DNA of 24,000 nt from Rickettsiales bacterium (lineage in GTDB: Bacteria > Pseudomonadota > Alphaproteobacteria > Rickettsiales > UBA3002), in assembly GCA_002725445.1 (NCBI GenBank), contig PBPD01000069.1, positions 1 to 24,000 of the forward strand. Reading direction: 5' to 3'. Under the pieces are notes generated by a model. That model was not told the DNA's origin and searched no databases. It was given only the letters and a program-made list of their open reading frames with translations. Positions within the stretch are counted from its first letter, which is position 1. Each line of letters starts with the position of its first letter. Below are positions 8,643 to 16,109 of this stretch, one piece after another. A program made the position numbers and the translations under genes.

Positions 8643-9580
8643 ATACGAAACGTAAGAAATCGACCAAGTCCGAGCAAAAAGCGAAGAAGGCCAAGCGTAG
8701 CCAACAAAGCAAGCAGGCTACATCGGCACCACAGGTTGCAACGCCCGCTCCGCAACAGATGAGTGCGGCGGAAGCGGCAAAAATGATGGGCGGGCCTTCG
8801 GCCACCAAACCAGCCGATGTGCAGAATGTATTGGCGCGTGCGGGTGACAAGCGTATTGTGCTGCATGTGGGCTGCGGCATGCCTAACCCAAAGAAACTGC
8901 ATAAAACCTTCCAAACACCGGATTGGCACGAGGTACGTTTTGACATCGATAAGGATGTGCATCCGGACATTCTTGGCGATATGACAGATATGAGTGTGTT
9001 GCCGGATAATTCGGTAGATGCGATTTTCTCCTCACATAATCTGGAGCATTTATTTGCCCATCAGGTGGCGGGTGCGTTGAGTGAGTTCAACCGCGTGCTT
9101 AAAGATGGTGGCTTTTTGCTGATTACCATGCCTGATATCGAAACTGTGGCGGGTTATGTAGCGCGTGGACAGCTGGAGGAAGAGCTGTACCGCTCGCCGG
9201 CCGGGCCGATTTCGCCATTAGATATATTATATGGGTTTGGCCGTGCCATCGCCAATGGCAATCATTTCATGGCACATAAAACAGGCTTCACGGCCAAATC
9301 GCTCGGCGGCAAGATGCGCGCCAGCGGTTTCACCAATATCACAGTGAGCCGTGAGGGCTATGATTTGTGGGCGATTGGCTATTCCTATCCGTTTGATCAT
9401 CCTGATCGTGTGGAAAAAGTGATTGTGCGTCAGCAGAAGCCGGACGATAAGGGTAATCTTCCGCCCGTACCAAACACGGCTCCTCAGCCCCATCCGGGTG
9501 CCCTCGCGCCGAATGTAGCGACGGATGAGCTGGATATACCGCCCGTGCATTGGGAGCCGTTGCACCTCACAACAAAATAG
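8630..9580 (+). CDS. class I SAM-dependent methyltransferase (Methyltransf_11-like) with a polybasic N-terminal extension and a Pro-rich C-terminal tail
   Basis: 316 aa. The ATG at 8630 overlaps the GT4 stop by 13 nt, with GAGGAG 8 nt upstream. Core motifs: VLHVGCG (motif I), VDAIFSSHNLEHL, LKDGGFLLITMPD. The first ~80 aa (MGSVNTKRKKSTKSEQKAKKAKRSQQSK...) are low complexity. Internal Met starts at MSAAEAAKMMGG cannot be excluded. Confidence 0.75.
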   Translation: MGSVNTKRKKSTKSEQKAKKAKRSQQSKQATSAPQVATPAPQQMSAAEAAKMMGGPSATKPADVQNVLARAGDKRIVLHVGCGMPNPKKLHKTFQTPDWHEVRFDIDKDVHPDILGDMTDMSVLPDNSVDAIFSSHNLEHLFAHQVAGALSEFNRVLKDGGFLLITMPDIETVAGYVARGQLEEELYRSPAGPISPLDILYGFGRAIANGNHFMAHKTGFTAKSLGGKMRASGFTNITVSREGYDLWAIGYSYPFDHPDRVEKVIVRQQKPDDKGNLPPVPNTAPQPHPGALAPNVATDELDIPPVHWEPLHLTTK

Positions 9581-9606
9581 TCGGCCGTTATATACGATAG
9601 ATAGAA

Positions 9607-9637
9607 CGCGCGTTGTGTGAACAGCGCGCGTTTTTTT
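9607..9637 (+). terminator. rho-independent terminator after the GT4-methyltransferase pair
   Basis: The stem is cgcgcgttg (9607-9615) pairing with cagcgcgcg (9622-9630), 9 bp with one G-U. The loop is tgtgaa, followed by T7 (9631-9637). The hairpin lies between convergent genes. On the reverse strand the T-tract is poor (ttctatct), so it mainly serves the + strand. Confidence 0.6.
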
Positions 9638-9654
9638 ATGAGCTCAATGATGCC

Positions 9655-11238
9655 TTATTGTTCGCGGAAGGCCTTGTTGAAGGAGTCGCTGATTGGATCC
9701 ATCAGATAAGACAGCAAAGTGCGCTTGCCTGTAACAATCAATGCCTCAGCGGGCATACCAGGCGATAGCTCAAGATGACCCAGACGTTCCAGCTCTTCCG
9801 GCGAAATGGCGATACGTGCCAGGAAATAGCCCTGACCTGTGCGTTCATCTTCAAACCGGTCAGCGGAGACCTGAATTACTTCGCCAACCGCAGGCGGCAC
9901 ATTACGTACCTTATAGGCGGTCAGGCGTACCTGTGCTTCCAGACCGGGACGCACCACATCGATATCCTGCGGATTCACACGCACTTCCACGATCAATTTA
10001 TCGTCGAAGGGCACAATATCCATTAGCTTCTGGCCGGCTGTGATGACCCCGCCTTTTGTGTGCACGACAAGTCCGGTTATTTCGCCGGCAATGGGGGCTT
10101 TCACTTCGATACGCTGCACCACATCTTGCGCGGCGCGTAGCTGCTCTTCCAGATCGGACATCTTGGATTGCGTATCTCTCAGTTCCTGAATCACTTCATT
10201 CAGGAATTGCGTTTTAAGGTTATATTTCTCGATGCGTGCCTGCGATATGGTTTGCTCTGCACGTGAAATGCGCGCCTGATATTCGCCGCGGCGGCCACGC
10301 AGTTCTGCCGCATTGCGCTCCAGTGCCAAAAGACGTGGCTTGTTGGCAATGCCTTTTTCCAGCAGGGTACGCACGGTTTCAATCTCTTCTTCCAGCAGGG
10401 CAATTTGCTCGTTCGACGAGGTAATTTGTTGCTCTAGCCCGCCAATTTCCTCATCCAGCTGTGCTATTTGCTGGTCAAGCACCTTCATTTGCCCGTCAAT
10501 GCTTTCAATACGAGATGCAAACAGGCGACGCTGTGCATCCAGAATCTGGGCGATGTCGGCATCGGTTTCTTCGGCTTCCAGCAATTCTTTAGGAAAATCG
10601 ATTTTTTCTGCATTGTCACGTTCGGCAATCAGGCGTGCCGCTGTCGCGCGTGCATTAATATATTGCCCGGAATACAGGTCAAAACGGGCCTTGGCGGCTG
10701 TATCATCCAGTACAATGAGCGTATCGCCAGCTTCCACCTTAGAGCCTTCGCCAACCAGAATATCTTCGACGATGCCGCCTTCAAGATGCTGAATGGTTTT
10801 GCGGTTAGCATCCAGCACGACTTTGCCGGGTGCAATTGCCGCGCTGTTGAGCGGTGCAAACGCAGCCCACAAGCCAAATACTACAAACACAAAGAAGGCG
10901 ATCCACATGCCAAATACAATCGGCTTGCGTGCCAGATTATCGGGGCTGTCGTTATTCTCTTTGTTGCGTGGTGCGATGACATCCGACCAACGGTCAAAAA
11001 TATCGACCGCACGCTCCATCGATTCCTGTGCTTTTTGCACCGCGCCGTCCATACCATGCGGCACGATGGCACGGCTTTGCGATTCGTCTTGTTCATCGGC
11101 TTGCTCACCGGGTTGCGCGTCGGAGTCGGCAGGCACGTCGCTCTCGCCTTCAACAGGCACGGCATCGCTTTCATGAACGGGCTCTGCCTCTACATGTTCG
11201 GGTTCGTCATCCGGGTGTTGTTTATTGTCGTCTGTCAT
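9655..11238 (-). CDS. HlyD-family type I secretion periplasmic adaptor (membrane fusion protein) with a long acidic N-terminal extension
   Basis: 527 aa. One TM segment (IVFGMWIAFFVFVVFGLWAAFAPL, about residues 107-130). Long coiled-coil region (LDQQIAQLDEEIGGLEQQITSSNEQIALLEEEIETV). C-terminal LSPGMPAEALIVTGKRTLLSYLMDPI is typical of HlyD/AprE/RsaE adaptors. Its ATG overlaps the ABC gene stop (ATGA at 11235-11238). Confidence 0.88.
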   Translation of the reverse strand: MTDDNKQHPDDEPEHVEAEPVHESDAVPVEGESDVPADSDAQPGEQADEQDESQSRAIVPHGMDGAVQKAQESMERAVDIFDRWSDVIAPRNKENNDSPDNLARKPIVFGMWIAFFVFVVFGLWAAFAPLNSAAIAPGKVVLDANRKTIQHLEGGIVEDILVGEGSKVEAGDTLIVLDDTAAKARFDLYSGQYINARATAARLIAERDNAEKIDFPKELLEAEETDADIAQILDAQRRLFASRIESIDGQMKVLDQQIAQLDEEIGGLEQQITSSNEQIALLEEEIETVRTLLEKGIANKPRLLALERNAAELRGRRGEYQARISRAEQTISQARIEKYNLKTQFLNEVIQELRDTQSKMSDLEEQLRAAQDVVQRIEVKAPIAGEITGLVVHTKGGVITAGQKLMDIVPFDDKLIVEVRVNPQDIDVVRPGLEAQVRLTAYKVRNVPPAVGEVIQVSADRFEDERTGQGYFLARIAISPEELERLGHLELSPGMPAEALIVTGKRTLLSYLMDPISDSFNKAFREQ

Positions 11239-13022
11239 GCGGATTCTCCTGCGCCGTCGCTGCCGTCTACAGGCGCATCATTCGCGCCTTGCGCGGCCTG
11301 CTGCTCGTTCTGAATAGGGCGTTTGGCGGTATATTTCTGTAACACTTCGTCGCGTTTACCAAAGCTCTCTACCGTGCCGTTGCGCAGCATCAGCAGCTTG
11401 TCGACGCTACCAACGATGGATGGGCGGTGTGCTACAACAATGGTGGTAATGCCCAGCCGTTTCATGCGCACGAGTGATTCCATCAAGGCGCGTTCGCCTT
11501 CGCCATCCAGATTGGAGTTAGGCTCGTCAAGCACCAGAAAACGCGGGCGGCTATAGAGCGCGCGTGCCAGTCCAATACGCTGGCGCTGGCCGGGCGACAG
11601 GGCCTGATTGCCTACGCTATATTCGGTTTCGTAGCCTTTTGGAAGGCGCAAAATCATGTCGTGACAACCTGCAAGCTTCGCGGCCTCGATCACTTGTTGC
11701 GGATCGGCATCGCCCTGCATGCGTGCGATATTGTCTTTGATGGTGCCGGCAAACAAGTCGACATGCTGTGGCATATAGCCGACATACTGGCCAAAGTCAG
11801 CACGGTTCCATTTGAATGTTTCCGCACCGTCCAGACGAATGCTGCCATGGTTGGGAGGTAACACGCCGATGATTAGTTTAGACAGGGTTGATTTCCCCGC
11901 GGCACTAGGGCCAATAATGCCCAGCATCTCGCCCGGCTCCAGATGAAAATTGATGCCTTTGAGAATAGGCGGTGCACCGGGGGGCTGGTAAAAGATATTT
12001 TCCACGCTCAGGCGCCCTTCGGGTGCGGGCAATGCCATCTCGCCACGCATGGTAGGCAGATTATCGAGCACATGGCCAAGGCGATGATAAGAATCACGCG
12101 CATTCACCAGATTCTTCCAGACCCCGATAGCGCCTTCAAACGGCGCAAGCGCGCGGCCGACCAGAATCGAGGCGGCAATCATGCCACCCACGGTCAGCTC
12201 ACCCTGCAGTGCCAGCCAGCCACCAATGCCGATCACACCGATTTGAATCACCATACGCAGTGAGCGGGATACGGATTGGATGATCGTGCCGCGGCTTTGC
12301 GCCAGATATTGTTTTTCCAGCCCCTTGGCGTTGAAGTCGACCCATTGGTTCAACACATTATCCATCATGCCCATGGCTTCAATGGCCTCGGCATTACGGT
12401 TAGCGGTTTCCACGATATTCATGCTTTGGATAGAATTTTCCTGCGCATCGTCGATGGGTTTTTTGGTAGCAAATTCGTTAAGTACGGCAAAGCCGATGAG
12501 CATGACAGCACCAGCCACCGACAGTAAGCCCAATACGGGGTTGACCATGTAGATCACCAGAATAAAGATGATCGACCACGGCGCGTCCAGCAGCACCGCT
12601 ACGCCGCTGGAAATGAAACTTTTGATATTCATCAGGTCACGTTGATATTGACCACCAGAGGTTGGAAAACCGAGGGAGGCACGCATGACCGACAGGCGGA
12701 ATAGTTCCGGTGCGAGTTTTACATCCAGCCACTCGGTGATGTGATTGAGGATGAAAGACCGCACGGCGGAGAATACGCCGTAGAACAAAAACGCGGCAAT
12801 CGCCAGCGAGGTTAATACAATCAGCGTCTCAAGGCTGCGGCTGGCCATCACACGGTCAAGTACCTGCAGCGAGTAGATGGGCAGCAGGATCATCAGGAAG
12901 TTGGTGGCCAGCGAGAATATGCCCGCATAGATAAAAGCACGCTTACATTGCTGCAAGGCGCGTTTGATAGGGGATTCTGGCTGTGCGTTTGATTGCGTGT
13001 TCTTTTTAGCTGCTTTTTGCAT
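11235..13022 (-). CDS. type I secretion system permease/ATPase (PrtD/AprD/RsaD class, no C39 peptidase domain)
   Basis: 595 aa. A short N-terminus runs directly into a 6-TM domain. Motifs: Walker A GPSAAGKST, signature LSPGQRQRIGLARAL, Walker B FLVLDEPNSNLD, H-loop VVAHR. C-terminal low-complexity tail QNEQQAAQGANDAPVDGSDGAGESA. Confidence 0.9.
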   Translation of the reverse strand: MQKAAKKNTQSNAQPESPIKRALQQCKRAFIYAGIFSLATNFLMILLPIYSLQVLDRVMASRSLETLIVLTSLAIAAFLFYGVFSAVRSFILNHITEWLDVKLAPELFRLSVMRASLGFPTSGGQYQRDLMNIKSFISSGVAVLLDAPWSIIFILVIYMVNPVLGLLSVAGAVMLIGFAVLNEFATKKPIDDAQENSIQSMNIVETANRNAEAIEAMGMMDNVLNQWVDFNAKGLEKQYLAQSRGTIIQSVSRSLRMVIQIGVIGIGGWLALQGELTVGGMIAASILVGRALAPFEGAIGVWKNLVNARDSYHRLGHVLDNLPTMRGEMALPAPEGRLSVENIFYQPPGAPPILKGINFHLEPGEMLGIIGPSAAGKSTLSKLIIGVLPPNHGSIRLDGAETFKWNRADFGQYVGYMPQHVDLFAGTIKDNIARMQGDADPQQVIEAAKLAGCHDMILRLPKGYETEYSVGNQALSPGQRQRIGLARALYSRPRFLVLDEPNSNLDGEGERALMESLVRMKRLGITTIVVAHRPSIVGSVDKLLMLRNGTVESFGKRDEVLQKYTAKRPIQNEQQAAQGANDAPVDGSDGAGESA

Positions 13023-13050
13023 GTGTCTATTAACTGTTCAGTAAAGCGCC

Positions 13051-13078
13051 ATCATAGTGATTATGCGCTGTTGTGCAA
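13051..13078 (-). promoter_or_regulatory. candidate internal sigma70-type promoter for the ABC/MFP genes
   Basis: The reverse strand reads TTGCAC (13078-13073), a 16-nt spacer, then TATGAT (13056-13051), about 30 nt upstream of the ABC ATG. No clear Shine-Dalgarno follows, so this is weak. Confidence 0.3.
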
Positions 13079-13130
13079 CAATCTAGATAGGGCAAATTGC
13101 TATAAGAAAAAGGGCTGGCAGTTTTTTTGC

Positions 13131-13161
13131 AAAGAAAAAGGGGCGCTAAAAAGCGCCCCTT
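13131..13161 (-). terminator. rho-independent terminator/attenuator between the secreted-protein gene and its exporter genes
   Basis: The reverse strand reads AGGGGCGC-TTTTTA-GCGCCCCT followed by TTTTCTTT. This is an 8-9 bp GC-rich stem (13139-13146 pairing with 13153-13160) starting 24 nt after the stop codon at 13185-13187. Confidence 0.65.
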
Positions 13162-13184
13162 CCTCATTTGGATAGGTACTATCC

Positions 13185-16109
13185 TTAGATGACTGGGGTG
13201 AATGTAGAGAAGTCTACAATGTTCGCCACAGTCGCCAGGGTAGCATCACCGGTCAGGGTGATGTTGGCTACGGTCGCGATGTCACCGTTGTTAGCCATGT
13301 CTGGATCGTACAACAGTGTGAACGCGTCCATGTCGCTAGCATCCAGCAGAGCCAGAATCCAGCCAGCGCCGGTTGCGTTCGCAGCACCGTTCAGACCAGC
13401 ATCGATACCAGCAGCGGTCAGTGCACCACCGCCCGCAGCGCTATCGTAGAAGAAGAAGAACTGGTCGGTAGCAGTGATGTTACCGTTGTCCGCAGTGATT
13501 GCAGCTTGACCACCATCACCACCGTCAGCAACTGCCAGCTCATGGTAGTTGTTGCTTGCAGCAGCCACAGCACCTTGGGTCACAGCCGGAGCCAGACCGA
13601 TACGGTCACCCGAACCATTATTCAGTTCGAAGCCAGTCACAACGTCAGTTGTATTGGTGTGAGTAACTGCAGTGTAAGCAACGATGTCGTTACCACCTGC
13701 GGTCAGGCTGATCTGGTCAGCACCTTCACGGCCGATGATGGTGTCGTTGCCGCTACCACCAGTGATGGTGTCAGCTGCACCAGCGTCGGTCGCACCAGTG
13801 ATGGTCAGACCGTTGGTGAAGCTTGTAGCGTTTACGGTACCAGCACTGGTCGAAGTCAGGGTTACTGCATCCAGACCAGCGGCAGTTGCGTTAGCGCCCA
13901 GGGTAATGGTGTGGGCGTTGTTACCGTTAGCAACCAGAGTCTCAACGTTGGTCACGTTGCTGAAGTCGCTGTCGATAACAGTCGCAGTACCGTCAACACG
14001 GATGGTGTCACCTGGCAGAGTGCTAGCATTAGCACCACCGTCGATCGAGTCACTTGCAGTGAAGTCCGAGCTGTCAGCGAAGATGAATACATCGTCGCCA
14101 GCCGCACCCAGGAGGCTGTCACCAGCACCTGCTATTGCGTCAGTGTTCGAGCCGGTCACGGTGATGGTACCGGTAGTGGTGGTACCTGGATTCACCTGAA
14201 TGCCAGTGGTCATCGCGCTAGCGTCAACAGTCAGTGCAGCAGCACCGGTCAGTGCAGAAGCGTCAACCAGAGCAACACCCGCGGTAACAGCGTTAGCTGC
14301 CAGCGTGATATTGTGACCGGTTACGTTCGACAGTTTGATGGTCTCGGTCGAACGTGCCTGAGCCAGGTCAGCGTTGTCCAAGGTTACAGCAGTTGTATCG
14401 GTTACTTCAATAACGTCAGTACCCGAACCACCGATGATGCTTGCGTCACCACCCAAAGCCGCACCGTTGATGTCGGCTGCCAGGTATTGGAACGTGTCGT
14501 TGCCGTCGCCACCCAGCAGGGTGTCAGCACCAGCGCCACCGATCAGTACATCGTTGCCACCTTCGCCACGGATCAGGTCGGTACCAGCACCACCGTTCAG
14601 GGTGTCGCCGTTGCTACCGGAGATCAGTTGGTCGTTGTTAGCAGTACCGGTCAGGGTAGTTGCATCGCCATCGGTGTTGGTCAACAGAACCGAACCATCG
14701 CTCAGCACGAGGTTGGTTGCAGTGAAGTCACCAGCGTAGTTGCTGAATACATACTGATCTTGGTTACCAGTGTTGGTGATGATGGCTTCGTTGCCCAGGC
14801 CATTTACAGTCAGGCCCGATGCTGCGGTACCACCGTCTACGGTAACGTTCAGTACGTCGTTAGCTTCCTGGAAGTTGCTGAACAACAGCGAAACGTTGTT
14901 GTTAACAAAACCGGTCGAAGTAACGTTGTAGATGTTGCTGCCGATACCTGCGTTCAGGTTCAGGGTGTCGCCGTCCAGCGCACCGGTTACCTGAATGGTA
15001 TCGTTGCCAGCACCACCGAAGATGCTCACTTCCTGATTGGTGCCTTGCAGGTCGGTACCCAGAATGATGGTGTCGCCACCGCCGTTCGAGTAAACCACAC
15101 CGTCTTGTGCACCCCAAGTGATGATGTCACCGGTATCGTCTGGGCTGTTTACACCGCCGCCACCGAAGATGGTCACGTTAGCAGTGTTAGCATCGTTATC
15201 AGCCGATACGTTGATGGTGTCCTGACCCAGGTTACCTTCAATGTAGATGTTAGCGTTAGCGCCGGCGTTGCCGGTGGTGATGCTGTCACCGCCCTGGCCA
15301 CCATATACGCTTACGGTTTGGTTGGAAGCAGTATTGCCAACGTTGATGGTGTCGTTACCGCCGTTGGAATATACAACGCCCGAACCAACACCTACGGTGA
15401 TGGTGTCTGCACCGTCGGTAGGATCAGCAGCGCTGTTACCACCGGTTACGGTGAAGGTGTTCGATACAGTGCCGCCACCCAGATCAACAGTGTCCGAACC
15501 CAGACCAGCTTCTACATAAATAGCGCCGTTAGGGGTGTTTGCACCGTCGGTGATGTTGTCATCACCCGAACCACCATACAGGTTGGTGGTGGTGCCAGCC
15601 AGAGTGCTGTTTACGTTGATGATGTCACCACCAGCGTTACCGTATACGGTGTTGCTGCCGGTACCCAGAGTGAAGGTATCTGCGCCATCGGTTGCATCGT
15701 TGATGCCGGTGCCACCGAAGATCAGGTTGTTACCGTTAGCAACGGTGATGTTGTCACCAGCGCCAAAACCGTAAACTACGTTGTCGTTGTTACCCGCAAT
15801 GTTGATGGTGTTTGCGGTGTTGTCCAGCGACGAACCGGTGTTGTTGTCACCCACATGCAGCACACCTTGGTTGGTGTCGAATGTGATGTTGGTGTTAACG
15901 TTAGCAGCCGAATTGCTGTTGGTCAGCTGAGCCAGGGTAACGCTTTGCAGCGTAACCGAGCGGCCATCACTTGCAGTAACAACTACGTTTGCACCACTTT
16001 GCACGAAAGTAGTGGTCGCTGCAGTTGTACCGCTGATGTTCAGCGAGTCGGTGGTCGGATCAAAGGCAATGCTTTGGCCAGTCACCAGATTAAGATCATA
16101 TGCAGTCAT
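13185..16109 (-). CDS. large secreted RTX-like calcium-binding beta-roll protein, probable T1SS substrate (candidate S-layer protein or adhesin)
   Basis: 974 aa. ATG at 16109 with a GAGG-containing RBS (AGAAGAGG) a few nt upstream. Composition: 0 Cys, 1 Lys, 6 Arg, very rich in G/T/N/D/A/S/V. Five consecutive canonical nonapeptides are present (SGSNGDTLN GGAGTDLIR GEGGNDVLI GGAGADTLL GGDGNDTFQ), plus many degenerate GGxGxD turns. There is no N-terminal signal peptide. The C-terminal region (VVTGFELNNGSGDRIGL ... FFFFYDSAAGGG ... ANITLTGDATLATVANIVDFSTFTPVI) resembles uncleaved T1SS secretion domains. The gene lies directly upstream of the ABC and MFP genes. Confidence 0.85.
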   Translation of the reverse strand: MTAYDLNLVTGQSIAFDPTTDSLNISGTTAATTTFVQSGANVVVTASDGRSVTLQSVTLAQLTNSNSAANVNTNITFDTNQGVLHVGDNNTGSSLDNTANTINIAGNNDNVVYGFGAGDNITVANGNNLIFGGTGINDATDGADTFTLGTGSNTVYGNAGGDIINVNSTLAGTTTNLYGGSGDDNITDGANTPNGAIYVEAGLGSDTVDLGGGTVSNTFTVTGGNSAADPTDGADTITVGVGSGVVYSNGGNDTINVGNTASNQTVSVYGGQGGDSITTGNAGANANIYIEGNLGQDTINVSADNDANTANVTIFGGGGVNSPDDTGDIITWGAQDGVVYSNGGGDTIILGTDLQGTNQEVSIFGGAGNDTIQVTGALDGDTLNLNAGIGSNIYNVTSTGFVNNNVSLLFSNFQEANDVLNVTVDGGTAASGLTVNGLGNEAIITNTGNQDQYVFSNYAGDFTATNLVLSDGSVLLTNTDGDATTLTGTANNDQLISGSNGDTLNGGAGTDLIRGEGGNDVLIGGAGADTLLGGDGNDTFQYLAADINGAALGGDASIIGGSGTDVIEVTDTTAVTLDNADLAQARSTETIKLSNVTGHNITLAANAVTAGVALVDASALTGAAALTVDASAMTTGIQVNPGTTTTGTITVTGSNTDAIAGAGDSLLGAAGDDVFIFADSSDFTASDSIDGGANASTLPGDTIRVDGTATVIDSDFSNVTNVETLVANGNNAHTITLGANATAAGLDAVTLTSTSAGTVNATSFTNGLTITGATDAGAADTITGGSGNDTIIGREGADQISLTAGGNDIVAYTAVTHTNTTDVVTGFELNNGSGDRIGLAPAVTQGAVAAASNNYHELAVADGGDGGQAAITADNGNITATDQFFFFYDSAAGGGALTAAGIDAGLNGAANATGAGWILALLDASDMDAFTLLYDPDMANNGDIATVANITLTGDATLATVANIVDFSTFTPVI
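14487..14621 (-). repeat. canonical RTX nonapeptide block (5 x GGxGxDxUx), residues 497-541
   Basis: Read directly from the translation. Coordinates were checked against codons (Q541 is the rc of ttg at 14487-14489). Confidence 0.85.
14910..15725 (-). repeat. three tandem ~90-aa super-repeats (residues 129-218, 219-311, 312-~400) inside the RTX-like protein
   Basis: The three units align column by column. R1: LIFGGTGINDATDGADTFTLGTGSNTVYGNAGGDIINV...LYGGSGDDNITDG...AIYVEAGLGSDTVDL. R2: TVTGGNSAADPTDGADTITVGVGSGVVYSNGGNDTINV...VYGGQGGDSITTG...NIYIEGNLGQDTINV. R3: TIFGGGGVNSPDDTGDIITWGAQDGVVYSNGGGDTIIL...IFGGAGNDTIQVT...LNLNAGIGSNIYNV. The DNA shows a matching ~270-290 nt periodicity. Confidence 0.8.

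Noticed and set aside
11235-13022. The ABC exporter as a bacteriocin/microcin (C39 peptidase-containing) or HlyB-type (C39-like domain) transporter.
   Set aside because: The protein is only 595 aa and goes from a ~25-residue N-terminus straight into the transmembrane domain. There is no room for a peptidase or C39-like domain, so it belongs to the PrtD/AprD/RsaD class.
16014-16025. A possible LapA-type N-terminal retention module with a LapG di-alanine cleavage site (T-A-A-T at residues 29-32 of the RTX-like protein).
   Set aside because: The motif does not match the TAAG/PAAG-type site as I recall it. No lapD/lapG-like genes are present in the window, and the N-terminal region shows no other similarity that I can recognise.
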